A DNA stretch of 63,158 bases, filler included, from Octopus bimaculoides (taxonomy: Eukaryota), in NCBI RefSeq assembly GCF_001194135.2. It is 6 parts of 6 records of this genome, joined end to end, with 100 filler letters (N's around TTAATTAATTAA, not from the genome) between each part and the next. Parts side by side here need not be neighbours in the genome. Positions count along the whole stretch, not along the records: positions 1 to 26,582 come from NC_068981.1; 5 more parts are not named here. One strand, written 5' to 3'. Made by a program: the position numbers and the translations under genes. The notes beneath the pieces were generated by a model, which searched no databases, was not told where the DNA came from, and saw nothing but the letters and a program-made list of their open reading frames with translations. Shown piece after piece: positions 1 through 12,597 of the stretch (position 1 is the stretch's first letter; each line of letters starts with the position of its first letter).

Positions 1-850
1 AAACCCTAAAATAACGACACACATGCACACACACATAATAATGTAAGCTCTACACACGTCTTTGAGAATGTGTATTTGTTCACGGAAAACAATAGAAACA
101 GAGAGAGAGAGAGAGAGAGAGTGTGTGTGTGTGTGTGAGGTTGATAATTTGATGAGTAGTTAAATAATAACTCTATTTATTGTGGGGTGGAAAGAAGTGG
201 TAAAAGATGATGTGGAGAATGTGGAAAAGAACATATTAACTGTATAGAATGTGTGGTAGAGGAGGGATTGATTAAAAATGATGTGAAGATGATTGTGTCA
301 GGTGTTCATGGGGGGAGTGTTGGGCTGAACTATGGAAAGGGGGAAGACAGCGTTTTGTTACCTTGGAGACAGAGGATCAGACTTGGCAGCAGAAGTTCAA
401 GTGAGGTGTGTTCTGGAAGTTAAGGGGTGGACTGATGTGGAGGGTGTGTGGGGAGGTTGTTGAAAGTGGTGGGAAAGATGTAGGTTGTATATGTGGAAAG
501 AATTGTGGCGATGGATGTGAGATGTGGGGGAGGTAGCAGAGGGTTAGGGTTGGAAATGAGAATGGTCAGGTGGGTGAACAAGAGTATCACTGATGGAGAA
601 GACAAACGTGGAACTGTAGTGGATGATGGGAAGGCAGTGGATGAGTGTTGTAAAGAGAAATGCGATAAGGTGGTTGGATCATGTGTCGAGGAAGAACAAG
701 AGTGATTTGGCTGAGAGAGAATTGATGGAAAAGAAAGGGGAAGAGTGAAAAAGACAATGGAAAGGAAAATAGAAACAAGGGCAAAAGATGAGGAAAATAA
801 AAGAAGGGAGAAAACTGTCCAGAAACCAGCAGGGCTGATTTGTATTTTAA

Positions 851-1068
851 CCCTTTAGTGTTTAAACCGGCTATATCTGGCCCAAATATTCTACTCATTT
901 TATGCCCAAACTGGCCAGAACCAGTATCTCACATCTACCCTGCAATGTCATTCTAAAAATAAACAATTACATCTCTCAAATCTTGAAGTTACAACATAAT
1001 ACCAGATTAATTTTTTTAAGTGTACATGAATAAGGATTACTTTTGACATTAATTTGAACACTAAAGGG
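851..1068. mobile_element. piggyBac-type non-autonomous MITE
   Basis: Terminal inverted repeats CCCTTTAGTGTTTAAA / TTTGAACACTAAAGGG. TTAA flanks both sides (847-850, 1069-1072). No coding capacity. Confidence 0.85.
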
Positions 1069-1556
1069 TTAAAAGAAGGGCAAAATGGCCGAGAAACGTT
1101 TGTTTTCCGTATCTTTGCACTTAGGAATAAATAATGGTGTTGAGACATCTAATATCTGAGTAAATCACAGCAACATTTCTCTTGTTTACCTAAAGTTTTG
1201 TGAAACCATTCAGGAGAACTCCCTCCCCACCCCGGTGATGACATCAGACAATCATCTCAGATTCGTTGCTTTCTCTCTGTGTCATCACAAAGAGCCAACC
1301 GGGAGAAAAATGGTGATATTTTAACTACTTTCAGTTGTTATTGTTTATTTTTCATTTATTTCTCAAGTTTCCATTGAAATAAATAGAACCCTGGCACTAA
1401 TTAGAAAATAATGGACATTAATTACTGCTGTGCAGACAATGTGAAGGGGTAGCGGGTGTCTAGTGAAGTCACCAAATTGTGTCAGTCATCAACTTTCCAA
1501 AGATATCAATTGTAACAGTGTTGTTTATTGTTGTTGTAAACAATTGAAAAAGAAGT

Positions 1557-3127
1557 GGGCGGGAGGGGGTGCCCTCTTGAGGTTGTAGATAGTTTGTTAC
1601 CTAGGTAACCAAATTAGCAATGGTGGAGGACGCTTTGAAAGTATTGTTTCTAGAATAAGAATTGGGTGGAGGAAGTTCAGAGAGCCATTACCTCTGTTGC
1701 AGCAAAAGGCCTCTCTCGCTCTCAGAGTGAAAGGTAGACTATACAATGCTTGTGTGCAAACGGCTATACTCCAGGGTAGTGCAACATGGGCTCTGAATGC
1801 AGAAGACATATGTAGGCTAGAGAGGAATGAAGGCAGTATGTTCTGTTGGATGTACAATGTCAGTGCACATGTAGGACAAAGTGCAAATGTATTGAGAGAA
1901 AAGTTGGGCACAAGTGGAATCAAATATAGCATGGAGGAGAGAAGACTATATTGGTTTGGACATGTGATGTGTATGAATGAGGACAGATGTATAAAGAAGT
2001 GCTGATCACTGAAAGTGGATGGTGTCCATGCAAGAAGGAGACCCAGGAAGACATTGGATGAAGTGTCAAGGACCGATCTCTGGATGTTGGGTCTCATGGA
2101 GGAAATGACAATGGACCGAGATGTCTAGCAATATGAAGTTCTTGAGAAGACCCATCCATTTCAGTGGAGCTGAGTTTTAGAAGCACTGTGTGTCCCACCC
2201 ACATATAACAAGAAAACTTTTCTCAGATCCTACCCCCCCCCCAACAAACCTAACTACATCTCTTCTCTTCCTCACATCTTCTCCTTCATGCACTCTACCC
2301 ACCTCTCACTCCCCAACCCTATCCTCAGGGATCTCTTCACTGCTATCATTGCTATCCGCTAGCCCCTGACCCGTGTGTTCCACCCCCATCTACTATGCTT
2401 ACCTTTCACTCCCTAATCCTCTCCTCACAGCCCTTTTTACTCTGTGTCATTGTTATCCGCCAGCCTCCACCACTCCCTAATCCTGCTTCTTTGGCAATAT
2501 CCTCTCACTTATATTATGACCTTTGAACCTCGAGGGTCTGCCCTGCCACTTGCCACCATCTTTATCTCTTTCTGCCTTCACTTGACCATCCCATTTATAT
2601 TCTGATCTCCATCCTTTGTGAGCATACCCGGCACACTTTACCACCATCTCTATCCTGTTGCCTCCCCCTCTCTCCCTCTCCTTCTCTTGTTCTTCCCTCA
2701 GGCTGGACAACCATGCACACCTGTTTCTGTCCTCATTCCTGATCTCTCTCTCTCTCCCCCTATCCCCTCCCCCTCTCTTGTTTGTGTATGCTAGGTATCC
2801 TTGTACCTCCTCTCCAGCAAGACCCGTTTCTGTCTCACTATAACCTTTCATCGTCTGACACAAGATCCCCTCCTCCAATGCCCCCTCCCCTCTCAAAAGA
2901 TCTTTGCCTTGCAAGTTACTTGGTGACCCTGTCAGTGCTGGTGCCACTTAAAAAGTACTCCATACACTCTGTAAAGTGGTTGCCATTTGGAAAGGCATCC
3001 AGCTGTAAAAACCCTGCCAAAACAGACACAGAAGACTGATGCAGGTTTCTGCCTGACCGGCTCCTGTCAGACCATCCCACCCATGCCAGCACGGAAGGGG
3101 GACGTTAAACGATGATGATGATGATGA
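1557..3127 (+). mobile_element. RTE-clade LINE, 5'-truncated and decayed (RT C-terminus, long pyrimidine-rich 3' UTR, (GAT)n tail)
   Basis: ORF 1697-2005 (LRVKGRLYNACVQTAILQGSATW...RRLYWFGHVMCMNEDRCIKK) is a typical RTE ORF C-terminus and is near-identical in type to 42657-43100. It ends in CCCATGCCAGCACGGAAGGGGGACGTTAAACGATGATGATGAT. Confidence 0.85.
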
Positions 3128-4389
3128 TCCTCATAATCTTGCTCCTCCATTTTGGTTGTTGTGCATTTACATTTCAATTAATGGCAATGTCCTTGCCAAG
3201 TTGTATTAATTACTGTTCTAATTAAGTCAATGTCTTGTTGTTGTCCATTGAAAATCTACTTTCATGATGTTAATGTCCTTCCAATCTACAAACATTTCAG
3301 TCGAAAATGAGAATAAATGAAGTGAGCATTGCTCCACTGGGATGGGTAATATTGGCGAGTATGAACAATGGAGTATGAATGTGCCGAAAAGAAGATTAGA
3401 CAGGAGAAGAATGATGAGATGTGATGTGTGAATTGAAGCTGTTTTATGGGATGTGTGTAGTGGGAGGAAGAAACTAGGAGACTTCTCTGAGAAGAGATGG
3501 CAAACAATGGCATTGACTGGTGACTGGCAGAACTGGAGAGAAATTCACTCCATCTAAACCCATACCCTCCTACTCCACCATGCTGAAGAGATGGCTAAAG
3601 CATGGGTCATGCTAGGTGGCGGGTGGGGGTGGGGGAGATGAGATACCTCACACCTCTCCTCTTTTCCTACTTCTCAATCCCTCCCCATTACTCCTCCACT
3701 TCCTTCACACTTGTCTCTTCTCTCTCTCTCTCTTATTCACTGTACCATATCATCCCTATGTGTGATAGCTCTGCATCTGTCCCCAGTCACTCATCTCTAC
3801 AAACTAGCAACCGATCACTCACCTTACCATCAAACACATAGTTGCCATCTCTCTCTCTCTCTCTCTCATCTATTATTCTCTCCTCACCTCACCCGCAGTC
3901 TCTCCCTCATTTGTCCTCTTACGATAGTGAAGGAGGGTTAGTTCTTCAGTATTGCTGGGTAGATGACAACCCCTCTAATGCTTGTGCCATGATAAAATCT
4001 TCGCCAAGCAATCCACTCATCTGTAAATTGAGCAATGATGGGGAGGAGATTCAGCTGCAGAGACCAGAGTGGTCTGAATGAGAGCTGGCAGCAACTCTGA
4101 CAAGGAAGTGACCCATTCCACCCCTGACGGAATGCTGAGCAACGGCCATAGTGGCAGCAATGAAGAAGAACCAACAAGTGTGTGAAGCCATTTTCTGTTT
4201 CCATGTGGCAGTTAATGTGTTGTCTGCTAACAAACATTTAGCCCATGCCTACCTCTTCAGTGAGGTTGGTCACTTTCTTACAAGCACTCGGGCCTCCTCT
4301 CTCGAATGAAAATAACCTTTCAAAAGTCCCAAGATGTTCTGAAAATTTCCATGGTTGTCACTCTTCCTCTCCTGGCTACTCATCAATCG

Positions 4390-4860
4390 AGATCCCTTAA
4401 TGGATTCAGCCAGTCACTGGGAGTCCACCCTTGACGCTTCCGTGGTCAGCTGTCACTGTGGGGTCTCTGTTCTCTGTCATGCAGGGCCGCAGGGTCACAG
4501 TGTTGTCACCTGTCCAGTCCTTGATGTTGTCTAACCAACATTTTCTCCGTCTGCCTCTCTTTCGTCCTCCCTTAACTTTACCCTGAAGAATGGTTCGGGA
4601 CAGGAAGTTGTGGCAGGATACATAAGCGTACCAGGCAAGCTTTCACCTTTTTTACCTGCGCAAGGAGCGGTTCCTGTCTGCCAGCCTATTTCTTCACTTG
4701 CTGTTCATTTTGTGCTCTGTGTTGGGGATGTGTAGCAGCCTTCTGAAGCATTTGTGCTCAAATGCCTGGAGTCTTTGCTCTATATCACCTGTAAGAGTCC
4801 AGCTCTCACACCCATACAAAAGAATCAAATTCACCAGTGACTTGCACACTCAGTCTTCTT
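4390..4860 (-). mobile_element. RTE-clade LINE 3' fragment (different family from 1557-3127)
   Basis: Minus-strand translation with stops gives LLYGCESWTL...RLQAFEHKCFRRLL...RTILQGKVKGGRKRGRRRKCWLDNIKDWT, typical of the end of an RTE ORF. Confidence 0.8.
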
Positions 4861-4896
4861 CTGACTACCACTCCCTTCCAAGAAATAAAACAGGAA

Positions 4897-6266
4897 TCTA
4901 TATATATAAAAATGAGAATGTGTGTCTGTCTGTCTGTCTGTGTGAATCCCTAAAACTCGAGAACTACGCAACCAATTTCATTCAAATTTTACACATGCCT
5001 TACTTACGGTTCCAGTTGTGTTTTAGTCAAATAAAATTATTAACTTCTTGCAGAGTTCGAGCACACGGCAACATAATATCTCCTCCACTATTTAAGTATT
5101 ACGTATCAAAAGTGAAACAAAAACACTCGTGTCAAATACTTTCACTTTAAAAATGAAACTATTCCACTAACTGAAACAATCACATTTCAATACTGTAGTG
5201 ACAGATACTTTCACAGAGAGAGANNNNNNNNNNNNNNNNNNNNNNNNNNNNNNNNNNNNNNNNNNNNNNNNNNNNNNNNNNNNNNNNNNNNNNNNNNNNN
5301 NNNNNNNNNNNNNNNNNNNNNNNNNNNNNNNNNNNNNNNNNNNNNNNNNNNNNNNNNNNNNNNNNNNNNNNNNNNNNNNNNNNNNNNNNNNNNNNNNNNN
5401 NNNNNNNNNNNNNNNNNNNNNNNNNNNNNNNNNNNNNNNNNNNNNNNNNNNNNNNNNNNNNNNNNNNNNNNNNNNNNNNNNNNNNNNNNNNNNNNNNNNN
5501 NNNNNNNNNNNNNNNNNNNNNNNNNNNNNNNNNNNNNNNNNNNNNNNNNNNNNNNNNNNNNNNNNNNNNNNNNNNNNNNNNNNNNNNNNNNNNNNNNNNN
5601 NNNNNNNNNNNNNNNNNNNNNNNNNNNNNNNNNNNNNNNNNNNNNNNNNNNNNNNNNNNNNNNNNNNNNNNNNNNNNNNNNNNNNNNNNNNNNNNNNNNN
5701 NNNNNNNNNNNNNNNNNNNNNNNNNNNNNNNNNNNNNNNNNNNNNNNNNNNNNNNNNNNNNNNNNNNNNNNNNNNNNNNNNNNNNNNNNNNNNNNNNNNN
5801 NNNNNNNNNNNNNNNNNNNNNNNNNNNNNNNNNNNNNNNNNNNNNNNNNNNNNNNNNNNNNNNNNNNNNNNNNNNNNNNNNNNNNNNAAATATCAGGGTC
5901 AAACACTGTCTGTTGCTGGTTTTCTCTTGGAAGAGCCCTGCTTCTCACATGGACAACTGTATGTTGGCTGCTCAAGAGTGGGCAGCAACAAAAAACCTAT
6001 TTGTATATGCTCCACAAGGGAAAACAAGGAACATAGTTTACAATGAGGTGTTATAATCACAACAGCAAGAAAGTATGTACATGATCACCTTCTTTTACGA
6101 AACTTCATTGACTTTCATATATTTATATTGATATACATATATATACGTGTGTTTGGGTGCGTGTGTGTATATACATATCTATATATAAAGATGATGCGTA
6201 GTCTAGACGGCGTTTTTAGATTTCATTATTCTCTTTAACCCGGGCAACGCCGGGTATTTCTGCTAG
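4897..6266 (+). mobile_element. Non-autonomous Helitron with both termini
   Basis: Starts 5'-TC (TCTATATATATAAAA) after an A and ends CTAG before a T. Subterminal GC hairpin ACCCGG-GCAACG-CCGGGT at 6238-6255. Contains a PIF1-like helicase C-terminal remnant. Spans a 664-N gap. Confidence 0.85.
5888..6056 (+). pseudogene. Helitron Rep/Hel helicase C-terminal remnant
   Basis: QGQTLSVAGFLLEEPCFSHGQLYVGCSRVG matches the PIF1/Helitron motif. A frameshift in an A-run leads to NLFVYAPQGKTRNIVYNEVL*. Confidence 0.85.
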
Positions 6267-6672
6267 TTATATATATATACATACACACATCCATATATAC
6301 ATATGCACACACACACACATACACACACACAAAACAGCTTTTTTGTTAAAGGTCACTTTGAGCATTAGGTGAAAGTGAGTGTGAATGTTGTAATATTGAA
6401 AAGGAATTTCAAATTAGTTTCTCATTTAAATAGCAATTAAGGTCTTAACTACAGTAGTCTGATAATAATTAATTAAAAATGCTTAGCTAATTTGCTTCCA
6501 TAAAGTTAATGATGAGCAGTGTCATATTACCGTATATGGAATATGCGTTTGGGACATAATTATTTCACAAATTTAATTAAACTTTTTTTTTATTCATTTC
6601 AGTTATATTTTTGCTAAAACTTTAATTATTTTAATGATGTATTTTTCTCTCTTTCTCTTTTGCTTTTTGTAG

Positions 6673-6770
6673 GACGCAAATTTTTCCGTAAAAATGATCG
6701 CAAATTAGCTGAAAGCCGAGAATTGGAATTACACAAATTTGTAAAAGAGATTTTGTTGATGCATCCACAG
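6673..6770 (+). CDS. Internal coding exon of a PX-domain protein (Tks4/5 / p47phox-like PX)
   Basis: Polypyrimidine tract with TAG acceptor and CAG|GTTAGT donor. 98 nt, phase 1 to phase 0. Encodes (G)RKFFRKNDRKLAESRELELHKFVKEILLMHPQ, the region after the PX proline loop. Confidence 0.8.
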
Positions 6771-7149
6771 GTTAGTGATGTTGTTGTTGTTGTTGTTTAG
6801 CTCTTGCTCAGTTTTGGCAGCAGATCTTGTCTACCCTCCCATTGTGGTGTGGATTGGCTGGGCTTTGGGTGGTGTATCCAAAGGCTTGAAGTTCATTAAC
6901 CAGATGTACCTCTGATGGTAGCAATTAGATACTTTTTCTTTCTCTTGCTGGATACTGCTGGCTGGTGGACTGTATGCAGTTTCTCACAGAGGCACTATTG
7001 TCAATTATGGGTTCAGGTGGGTCCCTATTAGTGATGCTTTATGTGGCTAAGTAAGCCATTTCATTGATCCCAGAATCCCCAATCTCTGTCCCTGCACCTG
7101 AAGAAGTGAATATATTTTTCCCTTGAAGTCATTGGTTGTCTTGTCTGTG

Positions 7150-7612
7150 TAGTGACTTATGATGCCATCAGGTTGTGCGTGGATGCTGACAGCTCTATAA
7201 AGAAGCACTGATCTCTTAAAGTGGATGGAACCTGTGGAAAAGGAGAACCCAAGAAGATGTGGGACAAAGTACTGAAGGACAGCCTAAGGATGCTGAACCT
7301 TTCAGGCAAGATCACAAAGGCCTGAGATACCTGGGGCCTTGCTGTACTCAGGAAGACCTGTACTCCACTGCAGGAGTATTAAAACCACTTCCCCTGGTGA
7401 AGAGGATGGATCTGCAAGAGTCCTGTACAGGTGCTGTGTAAAAAGCTCTCAAGCACCTGGCACACTCTGTGAAGTGTTTGGTGTTGGGGAACAGCATCGA
7501 ACCGGAGAAACCAAGTGAAATCAGACATGGAGTCTGGTGCAGCTGTTCAGCTCAACAGTTCTGGTCAAACCCTCCAACCCATGCCAGCATGGAAAACAGA
7601 TGTTAAATGATA
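7150..7612 (+). mobile_element. RTE LINE 3' end fragment
   Basis: Homologous to 1985-2150 and 43120-43270 (GTCGKGEPKKMWDKVLK-like). Ends in the shared CCAACCCATGCCAGCATGGAAAACAGATGTTAAATGAT tail. Confidence 0.7.
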
Positions 7613-7924
7613 GATGGACAGAAAGGTAGAGAGGTAAGTAGAAAATATGCTCGGAGTTGGTGCTTATATTTGACAGCAATTTTGAATCCGTAATGTATAT
7701 TTGATGAAAGCTGAGAAACGATAAAGTATATTGTTGAAGGAGTGGACTGTTAATAACGGTGCCAGTAGAATAAAGCTGGTGTTTGATTCTTAGAGAAATA
7801 ATGGGGGAACAAGATTGTGAGATATTTCCTGAATAAATCTACAAATTTAATGATCACCTCTGCTTGTGAGTCAACAAGGAGGAGTATGGTTGGACAGTTA
7901 TTTTGGGGATTAAAAAATAACTGT

Positions 7925-8171
7925 CCAACCGTGGCCGTTGCCAGTACTGTCTGACTGGCCCTTGTGCCAGTGGCACATAAAAGCACCCACTACACTCTCA
8001 GAGTGGTTGGCACTAGGAAGGACATCCAGCTGTAGAAACTTTGCCAGATCAGATTGGGGCCTGGTGCAGCCTTCNNNNNNNNNNCTTCTGGCTCGCCGGC
8101 CCTCTGTCAAACCGTCCAACCCATGCCAGCAGGGAAAGCGGACGTTAAACGATGATGATGATGATGATGAT
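7925..8171 (+). mobile_element. RTE-type 3' UTR/tail fragment (truncated LINE or tail-sharing SINE)
   Basis: Matches 43700-43930 and 45120-45381. Ends GGACGTTAAAC(GAT)n. Confidence 0.75.
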
Positions 8172-8651
8172 ATTCACACATGACAAATACTTAAACATAA
8201 ACCTGGAAGTGTATAAAAATGCTACAGGATCGTGTATGTGTCTATGTATACAACTCACTCACCCATCCATGCACACGTGCGTGCGTGTGTGTGTGTGTGT
8301 GTGTGTGTGTCATGTGGTGGTTGTAAATGAGCATCACCGACATACAAGTGGTGTTGCTTGTTTCCAGTCTGCTGTGGAAAAGTTGTCTGTCCAGGTATGG
8401 GGAGACATATGAGGGTTGGCAACAGGAAAAGCATCCGGACATGGAAAATTTGTCTGATCCATGCAAGCATAGAAAAATGGATGTTAAATGATGATGATGA
8501 TGATGATGATGCCATCAAAGTGGATTGATGAAACTTTGTCAATTTCAATGAGGATTCGTTTGTTTAATGAACCTCATTAACTGCTCATTAATGAACTTAA
8601 TTAGCTGCTCTCTGACTTTGTGTCTAAGTGACTGAGTATTCCACAGACAAG

Positions 8652-8830
8652 TGAAGGCATGTGGCCTTAGTGGTTTGGATATTTGGCTCAAGATTGTGTG
8701 GTTGTGGGTTTGATACTTAGCAGTGTGTTGTGTTCTTGAGCAAGGCACTTCATTTCACATTGCTCCACTCAGCTGGTAAAAACGAGTGGTACCTGCAATT
8801 CAAAAGGGGCCATCCTTGTCACATTTAGTG
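8652..8830 (+). mobile_element. tRNA-derived SINE with a CORE-like central segment, decayed
   Basis: A-box-like TGGCCTTAGTGG, B-box-like GGTTTGATAC and central TTGAGCAAGGCACTT. Related to 30398 and 38152. Confidence 0.55.
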
Positions 8831-9223
8831 TGTCATACAATTTGGAAGACCTGCCACAAGCATCACCCCTGGAAATGTGATATTGGGCATTAAGAATTTC
8901 TTCCCCCCCCCCCCCGGGGCCAGACTGTTAATTGAGAGTTCTACTGTGACGTTTTGAAGCATTCGAAGGAGGTTATTTGGTGAAAACGACCGGATCAGTG
9001 GAGCACAAACTGATTGGATTCTTCATTTGAGTTCTCATCACTTGTGAGTTTCTCACCAAAAACCACCATGGTATCACTTCCACACCCACCCTTATTTGCC
9101 AGATTTAGCATCTGTGGACTTCCATTTCTTCCCCAAGATGAAAATACAGCTCAAAGGTTGCTGTTTTAACGCCGTTGTTGAGATTCAGAGTGAGGAATCA
9201 CAGAAGGTCCTTGACTTGCTTAA

Positions 9224-9400
9224 CCCTTTCGTTACTGTATTTCTGTAGAGATGCTCTGTGTTTCTTTCAATTAATTCTAAATAAAACAAAGAATTTAGTA
9301 AAATAACTTCGTTATCATTCAGCTAGTGTTAGGAACATAAATTGTGACTAAGGTTTGGTGGAAGATTTTAATTCAAGACTTATGAAAACAAGACAAATTG
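9224..9400. mobile_element. piggyBac-type MITE, partial (family of 10795-11466)
   Basis: Starts TTAA|CCCTTTCGTTAC. Internal sequence is nearly identical to the copies at 10795-11466. Confidence 0.7.
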
Positions 9401-10794
9401 ACCAATGAAGTAATAAACCGTTTCCCTGGACAATGAAACGTGAGGCCATTCCACCCCACTGTGATTTGAAGAGAAGAAAGGGTTTAATTTGACATTTTGA
9501 CAACGTTATTGAACACAACAGACACCTGAAGAAGGTTGCAGGATAGAACTGCCTAAACAGCGTAACTATGGCAACCAAGATGAGAGCAGTAAGCCATGCA
9601 TAATGATAATTCCACAGAAATTCAGAAAATTTTTTGCTTTGAGTCCACCTTGGTTACAGGCATTCTGGTTCTTGTAAACTATAATAGCAAAGGAAATAAC
9701 TGTCATTCAGTAACGGGTTTGTGATTGAAATAATATAACTTGTGTCTTGGGAGGATCATTATACCAATAATACACACACACACACATGCACTGGTTCTAT
9801 TTCACTTCTTTTATTAGTCAGTAGGTTAATCATTTAACCAATTAACTGATGGTTTAATTGTTTTCAGATAATCAATCATCTTAGTTCATCAGTCCTTTAT
9901 TAGTCATAACCTCATCAATGACATGCCCCACCCTACCCCCACCTTCCCTACTCCATGTCTGTCTAAGGTGACTCTGACAAACCTAGCTGATTGATGGACG
10001 GAATTATTAATCAAACAATTATTTAGTTAATTGGTTAAAGGCTTAACTAGTTGACTGATAATGATAATAATGATGATAATAAAAGAAGTTAAACAGAACC
10101 AGTGTGGGTGTGTTTATTATTGGCATAGTGACCCTCCCAAGATACAACAAAATCTGTTTCAACACACGAGTTCATATCAAGAATCTTGCCAACCAAATCC
10201 CAAACTGAAAGACTATAACTTGGTGTTCCTAAAATATCTCAGCATATTCTATTCACAGAAGCCATTCTAAGCATCAGGCGTAGAACTAAAAATATAGCAG
10301 AAAGGTGTGTAGACAGGTCTCCAGGTAAAGTGTTGTTACTATAAATAAACCTAGCCACTCCTTTCTATCTTCATTTTATAGAGACAAGGAATGTTATTGC
10401 CTCCTCCCCCTCCATTTATTTTCTACACAAATATTTTTCTCTTCTTCTTCTTTGTATATTTGTTTTCATTTTTTAAAAATCCGTTTTCGGCAGCTGTTTG
10501 GGCCGATTCTTTGGGTTTAACCCCAACCAACCAACCAACTCACTGCTTCTTACGTCAAGACTCTCTTCTGCAATTGCAGACACTAATTAGTAGCAGAATA
10601 AAACTACGATAGGGGGTAGGGATTGGGGGAGTTTCCCTGTACGTTTGCTGCTCACTTCTGTGAAAACATAAGGTATGAATAGATGAGTTGGAGAGCAGAG
10701 ATATGTTAGTTGTTGAGCACAACTCAGTTTTAATATGTTGAGTGTTGAATCTCACTCAGTCTAAATGTGTGGATTATTGAGTCTGACTTAGTTT

Positions 10795-11466
10795 CACCTT
10801 TTGTTACCATATTTCTGTAGAGATGCTCTGTGTTCCTTTCAATTAATTTTAAATATAACAAAGAATTTAGTAAAATAACTTTGTTATCATTAATCTAGTG
10901 TTAGGAACATAAATTGTGACTAAGGTTTGGTGGAAGATTTTAATTCAGAACTTATGAAAACAAGATATTTGTACTACATAACCAGATCCGGTTTCAGCCA
11001 GGTTGGTATCGCAAGGGTTAAGAATTGTTTCTCTATTATATATTTTAACCCTTCTATTACCATATTCCTGTTGAGATGCTCTGTGTTTCTTTAAATATAA
11101 CAAAGAATTTAGNNNNNNNNNNATTAATCTAGTGTTAGGAACATAAATTGTGACTAAGGTTTGGTGGAAGATTTTAATTCAGAACTTATGAAAACAAGAT
11201 ATTTGTACTACATAACCAGATCCGGTTTCAGCCAGGTTGGTATCGCAAGGGTTAAGAATTGTTTCTCTATTATATATTTTAACCCTTCTATTACCATATT
11301 CCTGTTGAGATGCTCTGTGTTTCTTTAAATATAACAAAGAATTTAGTAAAATAACTTAGTTGTCATTAAGCTAGTGTTAGGAACATAAATTGTGACTTAG
11401 GTTTGGTGGAAGATCTTGAGAACTGCAGAGCCAGAGACGGTTTCAGCCGAGTTGGTATCAAAAGGG
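10795..11466. mobile_element. Tandem piggyBac-type MITE copies (the middle copy is probably an assembly duplication)
   Basis: TTAA|CCC starts at 11049 and 11283. GGG|TTAA ends at 11017, 11251 and 11466. About 10890-11112 is repeated exactly after a 10-N gap. Confidence 0.75.
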
Positions 11467-11789
11467 TTAAACCTGTTGGTGTTGAGCCTAATTTAATGTA
11501 TTATTATAATAAAGCCCATTGTTTTCTTAGGCAAGTTACATCACTCTGCTGCTGCATCAAATATTGTTTCCATTTTGGCTTCTTTCTTTTTTGAACACTT
11601 CAGTTTCCTTGCATTAAAAAACTCCTCCATTGATTCTTTCATTTTTGGAAACTGGTCCCTTTCCATATCATCAGATTCTTCCAAATGTATTTACGGATCA
11701 GCATTGCTCTGTACTGTTTATATCTGACACAGAACACCACCATAAGAACTTGCTAGAAATAACAACCAAATTACACTGATTAGTCTCCA

Positions 11790-11900
11790 TCTTCCATTCT
11801 GGTTTGGATTGGACAGTTTGACAAGATCCAGTGAGCCAGAGGGGTGGACTCCAATGTCTGCTTTGGCACAGTTTCTCTAGTTGGGTGCCCTTCCTGCAGT
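11790..11900 (-). mobile_element. RTE-type 3' tail, reverse orientation
   Basis: Reverse complement matches the GGAAGGGCATCCAGCTGTAGAAAC...TGTCAAAC..CCAA tail. Followed by purine-rich sequence like the reverse of the RTE 3' UTR. Confidence 0.55.
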
Positions 11901-12597
11901 GTGTAGTGGATGGCACCAGCATTAGTGAGCTCACCAGGTGGATCAAGGGATAAGACCCCATTGACAGAATGGTGGGAGGCGGCTTTGTGCTCGATGTTGC
12001 GGGGATGGGAATGGGTGCCCTGCTGTTGGGGGAAGTATATGCCTACCTCAGCAAGAAAGGAGGGTGGCGATGAGGTATCAGGATGTCCGAGCGAGGTAGA
12101 AGGTGGATGGAGAGGGAAGGGGGAGGATGGTTGGGTGAATGACAGATGGGAGAGGTGAATGGGTGGAGGAGTGGGCAATGATGAAAGAAAATAAGAGAGG
12201 AGGAGGAGGTTAAAGGGTGAAACATATAAAAATGGGGATGGGGAGCAAGAGGAGAATAAAACCCATAGACAAATGAGAAATGGATGACAGGATGACATGT
12301 GGAGTAGAGAACAGATGCACACGGACAGAGCTGGAGGTCAGAGACACATAGGGGTGGATATAGTGACAAACAAAATTGGGTGTTCCCATTGATGGCAGAA
12401 ATGGGATGGGGTATTCAGTAAATAATAAAATTGTAAGGAATGATGAATAGGGAGAGGGCAAGGGAAGTGGTTCCAAGGAGGGGAAGCAAGCTTCTTACCA
12501 AACAGCCGCACCTTCCCCTATTCATTGTATCTATTTTATTGAAGAATATCAATTCTGGCACCATTTCTACTGATTTGTTTGATTTTTCTTGTTTTAG

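Noticed and set aside
6790-7100. Possible Penelope GIY-YIG fragment on the minus strand
   Set aside because: No convincing catalytic motif could be read in any frame.
10890-11345. Exact duplication of about 225 bp suggesting a recent tandem duplication
   Set aside because: The identical copies flank a 10-N gap, typical of unmerged overlapping contig ends.
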